A stretch of DNA of 64,000 nt from Candidatus Levyibacteriota bacterium (GTDB lineage: Bacteria > Patescibacteriota > Microgenomatia > Levybacterales > UBA12049), in assembly GCA_043823085.1 (NCBI GenBank), contig JBDRBE010000004.1, forward strand, positions 133,510 through 197,509, given 5' to 3'. The notes beneath the pieces are model-generated. The model searched no databases. It was not told the origin of the DNA and was given only the letters and a program-made list of their open reading frames with translations. The translations under genes were made by a program, and so were the position numbers. Shown in pieces: positions 19,287-28,641 of the stretch (positions are counted from its first letter, which is position 1; each line of letters opens with the position of its first letter).

Positions 19287-22112
19287 ATGTTTAAATCATT
19301 TAAACCTGTTTCTCCGAAAGTTGATTTTGTAAAACAAGAGGAAGAAATTCTAAAATTCTGGAAAGAAAATAAAATTTTTGAAAAATCCGTTGAGTCCCGG
19401 CCGGAGAATAAGCCCTGGATTTTTTTAGACGGGCCGCCTTTTATTACCGGCCTTCCGCATTACGGGACTTTACTCTCCAGTATTCCAAAAGATTTATTTC
19501 CAAGATTTAAAACAATGCAAGGATATAGAGTCCGCCGTGTTTGGGGATGGGATTGCCATGGTTTGCCTGCCGAAAATAAAGTTGAAGAAAAGCTTGGCAT
19601 AAAAAGAAAAAAAGATATAGAAGAAAAAGTCGGAGTCAAAAAGTTTATTAATGAATGTAAATTATATGTTAAAAATGTTTCCAAAGACTGGGAATGGTAT
19701 GTTGATCGCATCGGAAGATGGGCAGATTTTGAAAATGCCTACAAAACCATGGACATTTCCTATATGGAGTCGGTGATGTGGGTTTTTAAGCAGATGTACG
19801 ATAAAGGGTTAGTTTATAAGGGGCTTCGTGTTTCGCTTTTTTGCCCTCATTGTTCAACTCCAATTTCCAATTTCGAAGTTGCCATGGATGCCGATAATTA
19901 TAAGGATTTAACAGAACCGACTGCGGTTTATAAATACCGGTTAAAAGCTGAGAAAAATACTTATTTACTGGCTTGGTCAACTACTCCTTGGAATAAATTA
20001 GTTACTTCGTCTTTAGCAGTTAAACCCGATTTAACTTATGTTAAGGTTTGCCAGGGAAAAGAAAATTATATTTTGGCAAAGTCTACCGTTAAAATGCTTG
20101 AAGAGAAACCTTACAAGATTCTGGAGGAATTTAAAGGTAGTGAGTTAGTTGGGAAGGAGTTTATTCCTCCTTATGATTTTTACAAAATTGATCCGGGCAA
20201 AAAGGCATTTATTGTAATAGGCGCTGATTTTGTGACTGAGGAGGAAGGAACAGGTGTGGTTACCCTTGCTCCTTATGGTGAAGAAGATTTGGAAGTAATG
20301 CAAAAGGAAAACATTCAAATAGTGTTGCATGTTGATGAGGAAGGGATTGTAAAGGACTTTGTGCCGAAATTTGGGGGAATGTATTATCTTAAGGCTGATA
20401 AATTAGTGCTTGAGGATTTAAAAGAGCGGGGAGTAGTGTACAGATTAATAGAGCATACCCATAGCGTGCCTCATTGCTGGAGATGCGAAACAAGGCTTTT
20501 TTACGCTCCGCAAAATGCATGGTATGTAAATATCCAGACTTTAAAATCGCAGCTTAAAAAAACCAATGAAACAATAAATTGGTTCCCAAAACATTTTAAA
20601 TACGGCCGTTTCCTAAAAAGCATGGAGCAGGCGCCTGACTGGTGTATTTCGCGAAGTAGGTATTGGGGTTCGCCGGTACCTGTTTGGGAGTGTTTTGGAT
20701 GCGGCCAAAATTTTGTTCCGGACTCAATAAAGGAATTGGAAGAGGCAAGTGGTAAAAAGATTAATGATTTACATAAACCGGAAATTGATGAAATAACAGT
20801 AAAGTGTAAAAAATGCGGAAAAGTTAGTCATCGTGTACCTGAAGTTTTGGATTCATGGATAGAGGCCGGTTCTGCGCCATATGCCGAGCGTCATTTTCCC
20901 TTTGTAAAAGGTCTAAAGCTTGAAGATTTTTTTCCGCCGGATTTTATTGTTGAATATACAGGACAAATAAGAGCTTGGTTTTATGTTCTTCATGTCATTG
21001 GGACGGCAATTTTTAATTCGAAAGCTTTTAAAAATGTTTCGGTGACAGGCGTAATTCTTGGAACAGACGGCAGGAAAATGAGCAAAAACTATAATAATTA
21101 TCCTGACCCAAAACAAATGCTGCAAAAATACGGAGGAGATGCGCTGCGTTTGTATTTAATGGGAAGTCCGGTAATGAAAGGCGAAGATATTTTAATATCA
21201 GAGGATCATTACCGTGAACAAGTGAAAGGAACAATGCTTATTCTTTGGAACATTTATAATTTTTTCGTGATGAACGCAAGTGTGGACAAATGGTCAGTTA
21301 CAAGTTGCAAGTTACAAGTTACAAGCCAGAATGTTTTAGATAAATGGATAAATGCAAGACTAAATGAAACAATACGGGAAGTAACTAATTCGCTTGAGAA
21401 TTTTGATACTGTTTCTGCGATCAAATTTAGCGAAGTATTTATTTCTGATTTATCTCTTTGGTATGTTCGCAGATCCCGCAGCAGGGTTGGCATGGCGGCT
21501 TCCAACAAAGAAGATAAAAATGCGTGTTACCAGACTTTTTACAGAGTTTTAGTAACTTTTTCAAAATTAATTGCGCCGATTACGCCTTTTATTGCCGAAG
21601 AATTTTTTAGAAACTTAACCGGCGAAGAATCAGTTCATTTAACAGAATGGCCGGAAAACAGTTTAAGCATCGATAAAAAACTTATCGAAGAGATGGCTAT
21701 GGTTCGTAAAATTGTGGAAATGGGTCATTCAACAAGAAAAAGCAATAATATTAAAGTTCGGCAACCCCTTTCGAAATTTTCAATTTTTAATTTAAAATTT
21801 TTAATTGATGAAGGCTTAGTTAATCTTGTTAAGGATGAATTAAATGTTAAAGAAGTTATTCAGAAAGAGGGGAAGGGTGATTTGCTAGTCGAGTTTGACA
21901 CAAAATTGACAAAGGAATTGATTGACGAGGGACAAATGAGGGATATTGTCAGAAAAATCCAGGAAGAGAGAAAAAGACTCGAAACAAAACCGGATGAAAA
22001 AGTTAATGTGGTTTTGCAAGACTGGCCAAAAGATTTTGAAGAAGAAATTAAAAAAAGGGCGCAAGCGAACAAACTTTCCAAGGGTGAAAAATTTGAGGTT
22101 AAAAGGGAATGA
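19287..22112 (+). CDS. ileS: Isoleucyl-tRNA synthetase (type 2)
   Basis: DGPPFITGLPHYG, GWDCHGLP, WCISRSRYWG, GRKMSK, WYVRRSR, KVRQPL. Confidence 0.96.
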   Translation: MFKSFKPVSPKVDFVKQEEEILKFWKENKIFEKSVESRPENKPWIFLDGPPFITGLPHYGTLLSSIPKDLFPRFKTMQGYRVRRVWGWDCHGLPAENKVEEKLGIKRKKDIEEKVGVKKFINECKLYVKNVSKDWEWYVDRIGRWADFENAYKTMDISYMESVMWVFKQMYDKGLVYKGLRVSLFCPHCSTPISNFEVAMDADNYKDLTEPTAVYKYRLKAEKNTYLLAWSTTPWNKLVTSSLAVKPDLTYVKVCQGKENYILAKSTVKMLEEKPYKILEEFKGSELVGKEFIPPYDFYKIDPGKKAFIVIGADFVTEEEGTGVVTLAPYGEEDLEVMQKENIQIVLHVDEEGIVKDFVPKFGGMYYLKADKLVLEDLKERGVVYRLIEHTHSVPHCWRCETRLFYAPQNAWYVNIQTLKSQLKKTNETINWFPKHFKYGRFLKSMEQAPDWCISRSRYWGSPVPVWECFGCGQNFVPDSIKELEEASGKKINDLHKPEIDEITVKCKKCGKVSHRVPEVLDSWIEAGSAPYAERHFPFVKGLKLEDFFPPDFIVEYTGQIRAWFYVLHVIGTAIFNSKAFKNVSVTGVILGTDGRKMSKNYNNYPDPKQMLQKYGGDALRLYLMGSPVMKGEDILISEDHYREQVKGTMLILWNIYNFFVMNASVDKWSVTSCKLQVTSQNVLDKWINARLNETIREVTNSLENFDTVSAIKFSEVFISDLSLWYVRRSRSRVGMAASNKEDKNACYQTFYRVLVTFSKLIAPITPFIAEEFFRNLTGEESVHLTEWPENSLSIDKKLIEEMAMVRKIVEMGHSTRKSNNIKVRQPLSKFSIFNLKFLIDEGLVNLVKDELNVKEVIQKEGKGDLLVEFDTKLTKELIDEGQMRDIVRKIQEERKRLETKPDEKVNVVLQDWPKDFEEEIKKRAQANKLSKGEKFEVKRE
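21296..21323 (+). repeat. In-frame heptamer tract (AGTTACA)x4 in ileS
   Basis: AGTTACA AGTTGCA AGTTACA AGTTACA, encoding VTSCKLQVTS. Confidence 0.85.
21777..21804 (+). repeat. In-frame degenerate TTTTCAA-type heptamer tract in ileS
   Basis: TTTTCAA TTTTTAA TTTAAAA TTTTTAA, encoding FSIFNLKFLI. Confidence 0.7.
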
Positions 22113-23188
22113 AAAGAGGGGGTATTTTAAATATCGAGCTGGGGTTATTAATTCCTGTTTTTGTTCTTGTCTCCTTAGGTCTTGCCACGCTTTTTTCCAT
22201 CAACGTTTCGTATTTTAAAAGTCAACTCGTCTATATTATCCTTTCGTTTTTAGTCTTTATATTTTTTGCCAATGTTAATTATCGGATTTTTCGTTTATAT
22301 TACGTTCAAATTTATATTATTTCTATAATTGCATTTATAATTGTTCTTTTGTTGGGTTTTGAAACTCGGGGGACAATGCGATGGGTTGATATTTTTGGTT
22401 TTCGGATTCAATTCTCCGAAGTGCTAAAGCCATTTTTGGCTGTTTCATTTTCCTCAATGTTGGCCAATAGCAGAAAATCGTTCAAATCTCTTCTTTTGAG
22501 TATTGCTTATCTTATCCCAATTGTTTTTTTAGTTTATATTCAGCCGGATCTTGGTAACGCTTTAATTTATTTTTTTGTAGCACTTTTAACTTTAGTTGTT
22601 ACAGGCTTTCCGCTTATTTGGTTTGGTCTGGGATTTTTTTTCATGGCAGGTTTGTCTCCTTTATTTTGGAGAATGATGCATGGCTATCAAAGAGAAAGAA
22701 TACTTACGTTTATCAATCCAAACAAAGATATTTTGGGAACATCCTATAACGCAATTCAATCGATTGTAGCGGTTGGCTCGGGAATGATTCTTGGGAGAGG
22801 GCTTGGCGAGGGTACACAGTCGGGACTTCGTTTTTTGCCCGAACAGTATACGGATTTTATCTTTGCGACAATTTCTGAAAGCTTTGGATTTTTAGGAGGG
22901 CTTTTAATAATTATTTCGTTTGCTTTCCTTCTCTATAAAATATATTCGATATATAGAGACTCCGAGGATAAATTTTGTAAAATTTTTAGTGCCTGCGTCT
23001 TTTTCTTAATTCTTGTGCAGCTTTTTATTAATATCGGCATGAATATAGGGATTGTTCCTATTGTTGGTATTACTTTGCCCTTTGTTTCGTATGGGGGAAG
23101 CTCGCTTTTATCAAATTTCATTTTACTTGGATTTCTTTCTTCAATTGGCCGTGATATTAAAGAGCAGGAAACACTAGAAATTAAGTGA
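22109..23188 (+). CDS. rodA: SEDS protein RodA
   Basis: GTMRWV, QFSEVLK, QPDLGNA, YNAIQSIVAVGSG, FLPEQYTDFIF, GITLPFVSYGGSS; second SEDS gene outside the dcw cluster. Confidence 0.88.
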   Translation: MKRGGILNIELGLLIPVFVLVSLGLATLFSINVSYFKSQLVYIILSFLVFIFFANVNYRIFRLYYVQIYIISIIAFIIVLLLGFETRGTMRWVDIFGFRIQFSEVLKPFLAVSFSSMLANSRKSFKSLLLSIAYLIPIVFLVYIQPDLGNALIYFFVALLTLVVTGFPLIWFGLGFFFMAGLSPLFWRMMHGYQRERILTFINPNKDILGTSYNAIQSIVAVGSGMILGRGLGEGTQSGLRFLPEQYTDFIFATISESFGFLGGLLIIISFAFLLYKIYSIYRDSEDKFCKIFSACVFFLILVQLFINIGMNIGIVPIVGITLPFVSYGGSSLLSNFILLGFLSSIGRDIKEQETLEIK

Positions 23189-23221
23189 TGAGTTTGATAT
23201 AATTGCTTTTTACAAAAGCAT

Positions 23222-23542
23222 ATGAAGTACGCGGTTATAAAAACAGGCGGAAAGCAGTATAAAGTTGAAGAAGGAGATGTGTTGGAGGTGGAGAGGCTCC
23301 AAATTTTGCCAAATAAGGATTTTAATTTTGAAGAAGTATTGCTTTATGTGTCGGACGATTCTTTTAAAATAGGTAAGCCAAAAGCGGAAGGGGTTAAAGT
23401 TTTGGCAAAGCTCTTGGAACATATAAAAGGAGAGAAAATTAGAGTTTCTAAATTTAAATCAAAAGTAAAATATCGAAGAACTACAGGCCACAGGCAATCG
23501 CTTAGTAAAGTTAAAATTGAATCGATCGGGCTGCATAAATGA
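23222..23542 (+). CDS. rplU: 50S ribosomal protein L21
   Basis: YAVIKTGGKQYKV, GHRQ. Confidence 0.98.
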   Translation: MKYAVIKTGGKQYKVEEGDVLEVERLQILPNKDFNFEEVLLYVSDDSFKIGKPKAEGVKVLAKLLEHIKGEKIRVSKFKSKVKYRRTTGHRQSLSKVKIESIGLHK

Positions 23543-23610
23543 TATAATTTGACTGTCTTGACTTCTGTGAAAAGTGCAGATAAAATACATTTAGTTTTCA
23601 CAAAAATACT

Positions 23611-23862
23611 ATGGCACATACAAAAGCACAAGGATCAGTAAAAGGAAATAGGGATTCAGTTGCCAAACGTTTAGGGGTGAAGCTTTTTGGTGGACAAAAG
23701 GCAGAAAACGGCAATATTATTGTCAGGCAAAAAGGAACAAGAATAAGCGCTGGAAAAAATGTTTTGATGGGGAAAGACTTTACCCTTTACGCAGTAGCAT
23801 CCGGTTATGTAAATTTTAAGACAAGATTTGGTAAAAAAATTGTGGAGGTTATTAATGGATAA
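23611..23862 (+). CDS. rpmA: 50S ribosomal protein L27
   Basis: MAHTKAQGS, RDSVAKRLGVK, GNIIVRQKGT, KDFTLYA. Confidence 0.98.
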   Translation: MAHTKAQGSVKGNRDSVAKRLGVKLFGGQKAENGNIIVRQKGTRISAGKNVLMGKDFTLYAVASGYVNFKTRFGKKIVEVING

Positions 23863-24676
23863 TAATGATCAACAGATAAGCGAAATAGAAATATCACAGC
23901 TTCAAGCAAATCCTTTACAACCCCGTGGGATTATTTCTCCGGAATCAATAGCGGAACTGATGGATTCAATTCGTGAACACGGAATTTTAGAGCCATTGGT
24001 TATTGCAAAAACCCCTGCCGGATTTCAGATAATTGCAGGTGAAAGAAGATGGAGAGCCGCCAAAGCTCTTGGGATGGCAAAAGTTCCGGCAGTCGTAAGA
24101 GAGACAACTCCGCAAGGAATGCTGGAAATGTCAATTGTCGAAAACGTTCAGCGGGAAGATCTTAATCCGATAGAAAGAGCACTTGCCTACAAGAGATTAA
24201 TAGATGAATTTGGTCTTGGAACAAATGAGGTTGCAAAGAGAGTTGGAAAGAGTGCACCGGCGGTCTCAAATACTATTCGGCTTCTATCGTTACCGGATGC
24301 GATTAAAGATGCGTTGGTCGCAGGTGTAATCAGCGAGGGACATGTTCGTCCTTTAATTTCCTTGGAAGATCACAAACTTATGCTTGATCTTTTCAAAAAA
24401 ATATTGCGTGAAAACAGCACTGTCAGACAAACAGAAGAGTTGGCAAGAGAAATTAAATCCGACATACAAAAGAAAGAGCCGCGCACAAAACAGGATAGGC
24501 TGTGGGTGCCGGAAATGGATGAAATGGCAAAGTCAATAGAAAAGAAATTTAATCTTAATAAAGTTACGGTTTATCAGTCAAGAAGTCTGGCAAGACTTGT
24601 TTTGGTAGTTAGAGGAGAAGTGGATATAACAACGCCAAAAATAAAAGAAATTTGCAATTTGCTTGAAGGTGTCTAA
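23855..24676 (+). CDS. parB: ParB/Spo0J chromosome partitioning protein
   Basis: NPLQPR, IIAGERRWRA, ENVQREDLNPIE, HTH; start moved to ATG 23855 after GGAGG. Confidence 0.93.
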   Translation: MDNNDQQISEIEISQLQANPLQPRGIISPESIAELMDSIREHGILEPLVIAKTPAGFQIIAGERRWRAAKALGMAKVPAVVRETTPQGMLEMSIVENVQREDLNPIERALAYKRLIDEFGLGTNEVAKRVGKSAPAVSNTIRLLSLPDAIKDALVAGVISEGHVRPLISLEDHKLMLDLFKKILRENSTVRQTEELAREIKSDIQKKEPRTKQDRLWVPEMDEMAKSIEKKFNLNKVTVYQSRSLARLVLVVRGEVDITTPKIKEICNLLEGV

Positions 24677-25230
24677 TAAGGATTAGTGATTCTTCTTATT
24701 CTATCAAGCGGCCAATAGGCAAATAGAGAACGCCCGATAACTTCATTTTTTTTGACAAATCCCCATTCTCTGGAGTCCGAACTATAAGGACGGTTGTCGC
24801 CCATAACAAAATACATGTTTTCAGGCACACTGAGCGGTATTCCCTCTTTAAGGAATGAAGAGGGATAAGTTTTAACGTCGCTATTTAAATACATGTGCTG
24901 GTCAAGTTTTTCATTATTGATATAAATATTGTTGTCTTTGAGAAGTATGGTGTCACCCGCAACTGCGATGATTCTTTTAATAAAATCTTTTTCTTCGTCC
25001 AACGGATATCTAAAGACAATTACATCTCCTTTTTTTAGCTCGTCAAACCGCAAGGAAATAAGGTCGGTCAAGATATATTCTTTGTCGTGAAAATTTGGAA
25101 ACATTGAATCACCGTTAACCTGAAATGGCCGAAAAAAGAAAATATAAATAAAAACAAAAAATGAGGCAAAAAGAAGTAAAGTTTGAGCGGTGTCAATAAA
25201 GAATGAAAATATTTTCCGTAAGATAAACAT
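24673..25230 (-). CDS. lepB: Signal peptidase I
   Basis: GDSMFP (Ser), FIKRIIA (Lys), MGDNRPYSSDSREWG; start at ATG 25230. Confidence 0.95.
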   Translation of the reverse strand: MFILRKIFSFFIDTAQTLLLFASFFVFIYIFFFRPFQVNGDSMFPNFHDKEYILTDLISLRFDELKKGDVIVFRYPLDEEKDFIKRIIAVAGDTILLKDNNIYINNEKLDQHMYLNSDVKTYPSSFLKEGIPLSVPENMYFVMGDNRPYSSDSREWGFVKKNEVIGRSLFAYWPLDRIRRITNPY

Positions 25231-25259
25231 AAAATATATTGTGGCAGAGAGCTTAAATT

Positions 25260-25288
25260 TTGTCAACGATAATAATCTGTGGTAAGAT
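25260..25288 (+). promoter_or_regulatory. Promoter of the tRNA-Val locus
   Basis: TTGTCA-17 nt-TAAGAT with extended TGn. Confidence 0.65.
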
Positions 25289-25301
25289 TGAGGTGAAGTG
25301 T

Positions 25302-25388
25302 GGGTACTTAGCTCCCCGTACAATTCTTACTTGCTCCCGAGGGTTGCATCCTCGCGTCGCAAAGGCGGATATACGGGCAAGTAGTGGT
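25302..25388 (+). pseudogene. Putative tRNA 5' remnant interrupted by a palindromic insert
   Basis: GGGTACTTAGCTC (acceptor 5' strand plus D-stem start), then a 68-nt insert containing CCCGTA/TACGGG, then AGTGGT as in the D-loop of the neighbouring tRNA. Confidence 0.45.
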
Positions 25389-25395
25389 TTTATAT

Positions 25396-25467
25396 GGATC
25401 CGTAGCTCAGTGGTAGAGCGTTCGGTTCACATCCGAAAGGTCAGAGGTTCGATACCTCTCGGATCCA
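25396..25467 (+). tRNA. tRNA-Val(CAC)
   Basis: GGATCCG/CGGATCC acceptor, TTCGG-TT CAC AT-CCGAA anticodon arm, AGAGG TTCGATA CCTCT T-arm; CCA not encoded. Confidence 0.96.
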
Positions 25468-25541
25468 CTTTTCGTATTTTGTTCGCATTTTTCTCTTTCC
25501 CGCCATCTTAGCACTCTCTGCATATGTCTGATAATCGAGAT

Positions 25542-26489
25542 TTAATTCACCTTATTCGTCGGTTTTCCTTTGAGGAAATTTTCTATATTTGACGTAAACA
25601 TTTCTTGTCTCATAATTCCTGCCTCTTTTGTAATATATGCCATTGGCGGATAAATAATGCAGTTTTCATATTTTGAAAGATTCTTTAAATCTTTTTGGGA
25701 CATTTCATCGGAATGGTCCAAAACAAAAGTTATATCTTTCTTCTCAAGTCTCTTTACCAATCCTTCAATATTAACCAACTCCATAGGAGCAGTGTTTATA
25801 ATAACAGCTCCCTTTTTTACTTCTTGAAATCTTTTTTTATTAAAGATATTTTCTGTTTCTTTATTTAGGGCAAGATTTATAGATACAAAATCGGATTTGG
25901 AGATAAGTTTGTTAAGTTCCTCGTATCTTATTCCTTTTTTCTCCGCATCTCTCTTTCTATTTCTTGACCAATACCTAACGTCTGCGCCAAGACCAAGAGC
26001 CAGCTCTGCAATTCTTGTTCCAATATGTCCTAGACCAATTACGCCAAAAATTTTATCTTTAATCTCAAAAGCGGAAATACCAGCCTCTGAATAATTGCCT
26101 GTTTTTCCTCTTCTTTTCCCTTCACAAATTCCTTTTACTACTTCAAGGATTGCTGCTAGAACAAATTCCGCGACAGATTCAGTGCTATAACCGGCCAGAT
26201 TACAAACAATGACTTTCTTTTTCTTTGCATATTCGCTGTCAATTTTTCCATATGCAGTTGCAAATACTCCAATATATTTAAGATGCGGAGCTTTATCTAT
26301 ATCTTCTTTTGAAACATTTACTCCAAAGCCAACCAATAGGCAGTCTGTATCTGCTAAATGTTTTTTTATTTCCAGACTGTTTTTAGGGAGAAATACTTTT
26401 TCTTTAGTTAATTTATTTATTCTCTTCCAATAGTTTTGCTCAAGAGATGATTTAGATATTCCAATGAATGTAGCTTTATTAAATTTCAT
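25542..26489 (-). CDS. D-2-hydroxyacid dehydrogenase-fold NAD(P)-binding protein with atypical active site
   Basis: STESVAE, GVIGLGHIG, SDFVSINL, INTA; canonical Arg and His positions are substituted. Confidence 0.85.
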   Translation of the reverse strand: MKFNKATFIGISKSSLEQNYWKRINKLTKEKVFLPKNSLEIKKHLADTDCLLVGFGVNVSKEDIDKAPHLKYIGVFATAYGKIDSEYAKKKKVIVCNLAGYSTESVAEFVLAAILEVVKGICEGKRRGKTGNYSEAGISAFEIKDKIFGVIGLGHIGTRIAELALGLGADVRYWSRNRKRDAEKKGIRYEELNKLISKSDFVSINLALNKETENIFNKKRFQEVKKGAVIINTAPMELVNIEGLVKRLEKKDITFVLDHSDEMSQKDLKNLSKYENCIIYPPMAYITKEAGIMRQEMFTSNIENFLKGKPTNKVN

Positions 26490-26598
26490 ATTATTATGAG
26501 TTTGATTATAATATTAATTATTAAGTAATGCAAGCTTAGGCTTCTACGGAATATATTTAGGTTTTATTAATTTTAAATTTAATGGTAGAATTTGAGGA

Positions 26599-27681
26599 AT
26601 GCGGGTTTTATTTTTAACAAGACTTTTTTATCCCCATATCGGCGGAGTTGAAAGACATGTGATGGAGTTGAGTAAGAGGTTGGTTGAAAGAGGAGACGAG
26701 GCATCGGTAATCACAGAGGCAGATTCTCATAATTTTCAATTTTCAATTTTCAATTTTCAATCAAATTCTAATGTAAAAATTTTAAATAAAAAAACACCAG
26801 GCAAGATCGAAATTTATCGGATACCGGTAGGTAAAGATAGCTGGTTTAAGAAGTTTCGGATTTGGCAATGGATGTGGAAACATCGGGAGTTGATTAGTAG
26901 TGCTGACGTTGTCCACTGTCATGATGTATTCTTTTGGTATTTGCCGTTTAGATTCTTGTTTCCGCAAAAGAAAGTTTTTACAACCTTTCATGGTTACGAA
27001 AGCTATCCCATTTCCAAAAAAGCAATAATTGTCCGAAAAATTTCAGAACTTTTATCATTTGGCAATATTTGTATCGGCGATTTTATCAAAAAATGGTACA
27101 AAACAAAAGCGACGTTTGTTTCATATGGCGGCGTCAATGCCAAAAATCAAAAATCAAAAATCAAAAATCAAAGATTAGAAAAAGCAAGAGAGAAGTATTC
27201 CGCTGTTTTCATTGGGCGTTTGGATGAGCAGACAGGAATTTTGACTTATTTAAAGGCGGTTGAATTAATAAAAAAGAAAATTCCTGGTTTTAAATTCACA
27301 GTTATTGGCGAGGGGAGGTTCAAAAATAAAATTCCAAAAGATATTGAGGTTTTAGGATTCCAAGAGAGGGTTGAAGAATATTTCCCAGAATTTAATTTTG
27401 CTTTTGTTTCGCGTTACCTCTCAATTCTTGAGGCAATAGCTGCAAAGCGTCTTGTTTTTGCCCTTTATGATAATCCGGTAAAGCGAGACTATTTAAAAAT
27501 GGCGCCGTTTGCAAAGTTTGTTATTATCTCTAATTCGGAAAAAGAGTTGGCAGAAAAAGTTTTGTTTTTCCTAAAAAATCCGGATAAAGAAAAAGAATTG
27601 GTTGACGATGCTTTTAATTGGGTAAAAAATCAAACATGGGAAAAAGTCCTTCAAACTTACCTAAATCTTTGGAAAAAGTAA
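26599..27681 (+). CDS. Glycosyltransferase family 4
   Basis: FYPHIGGVERH, VHCHD, TFHG, FIGRLD, SILEAIA. Confidence 0.92.
   Translation: MRVLFLTRLFYPHIGGVERHVMELSKRLVERGDEASVITEADSHNFQFSIFNFQSNSNVKILNKKTPGKIEIYRIPVGKDSWFKKFRIWQWMWKHRELISSADVVHCHDVFFWYLPFRFLFPQKKVFTTFHGYESYPISKKAIIVRKISELLSFGNICIGDFIKKWYKTKATFVSYGGVNAKNQKSKIKNQRLEKAREKYSAVFIGRLDEQTGILTYLKAVELIKKKIPGFKFTVIGEGRFKNKIPKDIEVLGFQERVEEYFPEFNFAFVSRYLSILEAIAAKRLVFALYDNPVKRDYLKMAPFAKFVIISNSEKELAEKVLFFLKNPDKEKELVDDAFNWVKNQTWEKVLQTYLNLWKK
26733..26760 (+). repeat. In-frame perfect (TTTTCAA)x4 in GT4 gene
   Basis: Four perfect units encoding FQFSIFNFQ. Confidence 0.92.
27141..27175 (+). repeat. In-frame (CAAAAAT)x4 plus CAAAGAT in GT4 gene
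   Basis: Encodes KNQKSKIKNQR. Confidence 0.9.
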
Positions 27682-27716
27682 GCTTCAAATGATATACTTC
27701 AAATATAAAAACAAAC

Positions 27717-28640
27717 ATGAAAGTTTCTTTTGTGGCTACGGTTTTGAATGAGGAGAAGTCAATTGATTATTTCCTTGAATCGCTTTTCAAGCAGTCAGTG
27801 GAGCCGGATGAAATAATCATCGTTGATGCGGAAAGCACCGATGCTACAGCGTCGATAATTTTCAATTTTAAATTTTCAATTTTCAATGAAAAAGTAAAAA
27901 TTATAATAAAAAAAGGGAATAGGGCGGTGGGGAGGAATGAGGCGATAAAAAATGCTACAGGAGAAATTATTGCATGTTCGGACGCCGGATGTGTTTTGGA
28001 TAAAGATTGGTTAAAAAATATCATCGAATCGTTTCAAGACCCAACTATTGATGTAGTTTGCGGATTTTATAAACCAATTACTCACAATATTTTTGAGAGA
28101 TGTTTGGCTACTTACACTTGTGTTATGCCGGACAGAATCGACAGGGAGAATTTCCTTCCATCTTCAAGGTCAGTTGCTTTCAAAAAAAGTGCATGGGAAA
28201 AAGTCAAAGGGTATCCGGAGAATTTAGATACTTGTGAAGATTTAATTTTTGCAAGAAATTTAAAAAAAGCAGGATTAAAATTTAAATTTAATAGAAAGGC
28301 AATAGTTTACTGGCCTCAAAAGAAAAATTTACTTGAAGCATTTAAACAATTTTTTAATTATGCAAAAGGGGACGGTCAGGCAAGACATATACGAATGCAA
28401 ACTCCATTCCTTTTTATCAGATATATTTTAGGTTTTATATTATTATTTTATTCATTAATTTTTAAAATAACATTATTTTATTTTTTAATATTTCTTTTGT
28501 GTTTATATTTTCTTTGGTCAATAAATAAAAGCTTTAAATATATCAAAAACTGGAAGGGATTAATTATTTTACCTGTCTTACAAATGACATCAGATATTGC
28601 AGTAATATCCGGAATGACAGTTGGATTTTTTAAAAAATAA
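27717..28640 (+). CDS. Glycosyltransferase family 2
   Basis: [29 protein letters not shown]-terminal TM helices. Confidence 0.92.
   Translation: MKVSFVATVLNEEKSIDYFLESLFKQSVEPDEIIIVDAESTDATASIIFNFKFSIFNEKVKIIIKKGNRAVGRNEAIKNATGEIIACSDAGCVLDKDWLKNIIESFQDPTIDVVCGFYKPITHNIFERCLATYTCVMPDRIDRENFLPSSRSVAFKKSAWEKVKGYPENLDTCEDLIFARNLKKAGLKFKFNRKAIVYWPQKKNLLEAFKQFFNYAKGDGQARHIRMQTPFLFIRYILGFILLFYSLIFKITLFYFLIFLLCLYFLWSINKSFKYIKNWKGLIILPVLQMTSDIAVISGMTVGFFKK
27859..27886 (+). repeat. In-frame (TTTTCAA)x4 in GT2 gene
   Basis: TTTTCAA TTTTAAA TTTTCAA TTTTCAA, encoding [10 protein letters not shown]. Confidence 0.88.
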
Positions 28641-28641
28641 T

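Noticed and set aside
25260-25511. 83-aa ORF spanning the tRNA-Val locus
   Set aside because: Overlaps a promoter and an intact tRNA; no protein motif.
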